In this document: positions 62,522-64,000 of the stretch, piece after piece
Numbering within the stretch: the first letter of the stretch is position 1
How the letters are laid out: each line of letters opens with the position of its first letter
Assembly: GCA_001600815.1 (NCBI GenBank)
Contig: BCKZ01000014.1
Coordinates: forward strand, 434,001 to 498,000
Length of the DNA: 64,000 nucleotides
From: Alloascoidea hylecoeti
Lineage: Eukaryota
Direction: 5' to 3'
Notes under the pieces: model-generated
Database searches by the model: none
The model's input: the letters and a program-made list of their open reading frames with translations, nothing else
Told to the model about the DNA's origin: nothing
Made by a program: the position numbers and the translations under genes

Positions 62522-64000
62522 TTACTTTCTTTCAACCAGATCAAACTTGTTATCTAAAAGCCAATCTTTCACGGCTTCCCACGCCTCATCCGCCGTAAAT
62601 TGCGCGACCTCCTCAGAATCTCCCCGTGCTTCTATATAAACTTTTAATTTGGGTTCCGTTCCACTTCCCCTGGCCGTAAATCGTATTCTAGTCTCGTCTT
62701 TTTCTCCCTCAACGGTTATCATTTGTGCCTCTGGAGTTAAAGGCAACTTCGAGGCACTTGCTGTTGACCCGAAGATCTTACCGCTAGTTAAATCCCTCCA
62801 GAAAGTGACTTTAAAAGGTCCTATGGAATCTGGCACTCCATTAGAAAATAGAGAAGCTCGTGATCTTACGTTCTCAAATACTTCTGTGGTAATTTCAGGA
62901 GTAGGAGATATATAATAACCATTTGCTTCTGCAAAATAACCATATTTTTCATGAAGAATATCAAGAACTTCCACTAAATTTAATCCTTTTTCATGATAAT
63001 AACTAGCCATTTGTAAGAAAATTGTAGCTGCGGCAATCCCATCTTTATCATGGGCTACACTAAACATATATCCAATTGCTTCTTCATAAGCAAAAGGAAC
63101 AATATATCCATCTTTTTCTAAATCCATGGCCTTATTTCCTATCCATTTGAACCCTGTTAAAGTCTCTTCGAATTTAGCCCCATTTTTTTCACATATGCTA
63201 GCAAGCATGTGTGAAGATACAGTACTGGCAAGCATGGCAACTTTAGATTTATCTCCAGGATAATTTTCAATGATATATGCTCCAAAGATAACTCCAATTT
63301 CATTACCTGTAAGTTGAACCCATTTGTTTTGATATTTAACAGCTGCTGTAAATCTATCAGCATCAGGATCATTAGCAATAACTAATTCAACTCCATTATC
63401 ATCAGCGGTTTGCTTGGCAAGATCTAAAGCACCTTTCTCTTCTGGATTTGGGAAAGAAACGGTCGGGAAGGCAGGATCCGGTAATGCCTGTTCCTTAACT
63501 ACGCTCCATTGTGTTTCTTTGACATTAAGTAAATTGGTCATTTCTGTAAACGATTTCAGTCCAACACCATGCATTGGTGTATATACAAACTTCAACTTAG
63601 AATTGACTTCTCTTTCAACTAATTTATCCTTTAATGCTCTAATGTATGCTGCTTGTAATTCTTCATACTTCTCAATTACAGTCCCTTGTTTAAAACCTTC
63701 CTCTAAAGTCTCATCAACACTCCAATCGCCCCAAATGTCAAGATTTTCTTCAATAGACTTTGCAATTAACATATCATGAGGAGGGATTATCTGACATCCA
63801 TTATTCCAATATAATTTATAACCATTATCCATTGCTGGATTATGACTAGCTGTAATCATAATTCCACCATTTGTTTTATAATGATCAATTCCAAAAGGAA
63901 CCAATGGAGTATGACAGAACTTAGTACCATTTTGAGAACCATTTAAAAGGATAATATTTTTAAATCCAGATATTTGAAAAACATATGCTGTAATTCTAGC
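62522..64000 (-). CDS. Phosphoglucomutase/phosphoribomutase (Pgm3/Prm15-like), 5' truncated by the window
   Basis: MITASHNP, ANDPDADR, TGFKW, YEEAIG, RGSGTEPKLK. Confidence 0.92.
   Translation of the reverse strand, partial: ARITAYVFQISGFKNIILLNGSQNGTKFCHTPLVPFGIDHYKTNGGIMITASHNPAMDNGYKLYWNNGCQIIPPHDMLIAKSIEENLDIWGDWSVDETLEEGFKQGTVIEKYEELQAAYIRALKDKLVEREVNSKLKFVYTPMHGVGLKSFTEMTNLLNVKETQWSVVKEQALPDPAFPTVSFPNPEEKGALDLAKQTADDNGVELVIANDPDADRFTAAVKYQNKWVQLTGNEIGVIFGAYIIENYPGDKSKVAMLASTVSSHMLASICEKNGAKFEETLTGFKWIGNKAMDLEKDGYIVPFAYEEAIGYMFSVAHDKDGIAAATIFLQMASYYHEKGLNLVEVLDILHEKYGYFAEANGYYISPTPEITTEVFENVRSRASLFSNGVPDSIGPFKVTFWRDLTSGKIFGSTASASKLPLTPEAQMITVEGEKDETRIRFTARGSGTEPKLKVYIEARGDSEEVAQFTADEAWEAVKDWLLDNKFDLVERK

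Overview
AT-rich, intron-containing budding-yeast (Saccharomycotina-like) chromosomal DNA. It uses the standard code (CTG sits at conserved Leu positions in Ras, Fcf1 and Nik1). PEX26 plus a group III histidine kinase suggest an early-diverging lineage outside Saccharomycetaceae (inference). About 20 housekeeping genes are present: a KA1-domain kinase 3' end, RAS, STE14, SIZ1, choline/ethanolamine kinase, ArgRS, FCF1, RPS18, YML6, endonuclease III, TPD3, PEX26, HLJ1, POL3, NIK1, an enoyl-reductase pair, an orphan coiled-coil gene, RAD16, carboxypeptidase Y, VAN1 and partial PGM3/PRM15, plus tRNA-Val(TAC). The intergenic DNA is rich in mobile-element remains. An ~8.5 kb nest (9.0-17.5 kb) holds copia/Ty5-like gag, RNase H and LTR relics, a gag pseudogene bracketed by inward-facing inverted repeats, and a divergent GATA-finger gene. 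Elsewhere there are a Ty5-type LTR with a half-tRNA primer site beside the tRNA, five CAGT-ended TIR elements (MITEs), Mutator-like and gypsy relics, and a TE-bounded tandem gene duplication. All calls are by-eye motif recognition with no database searches; relic boundaries are approximate.
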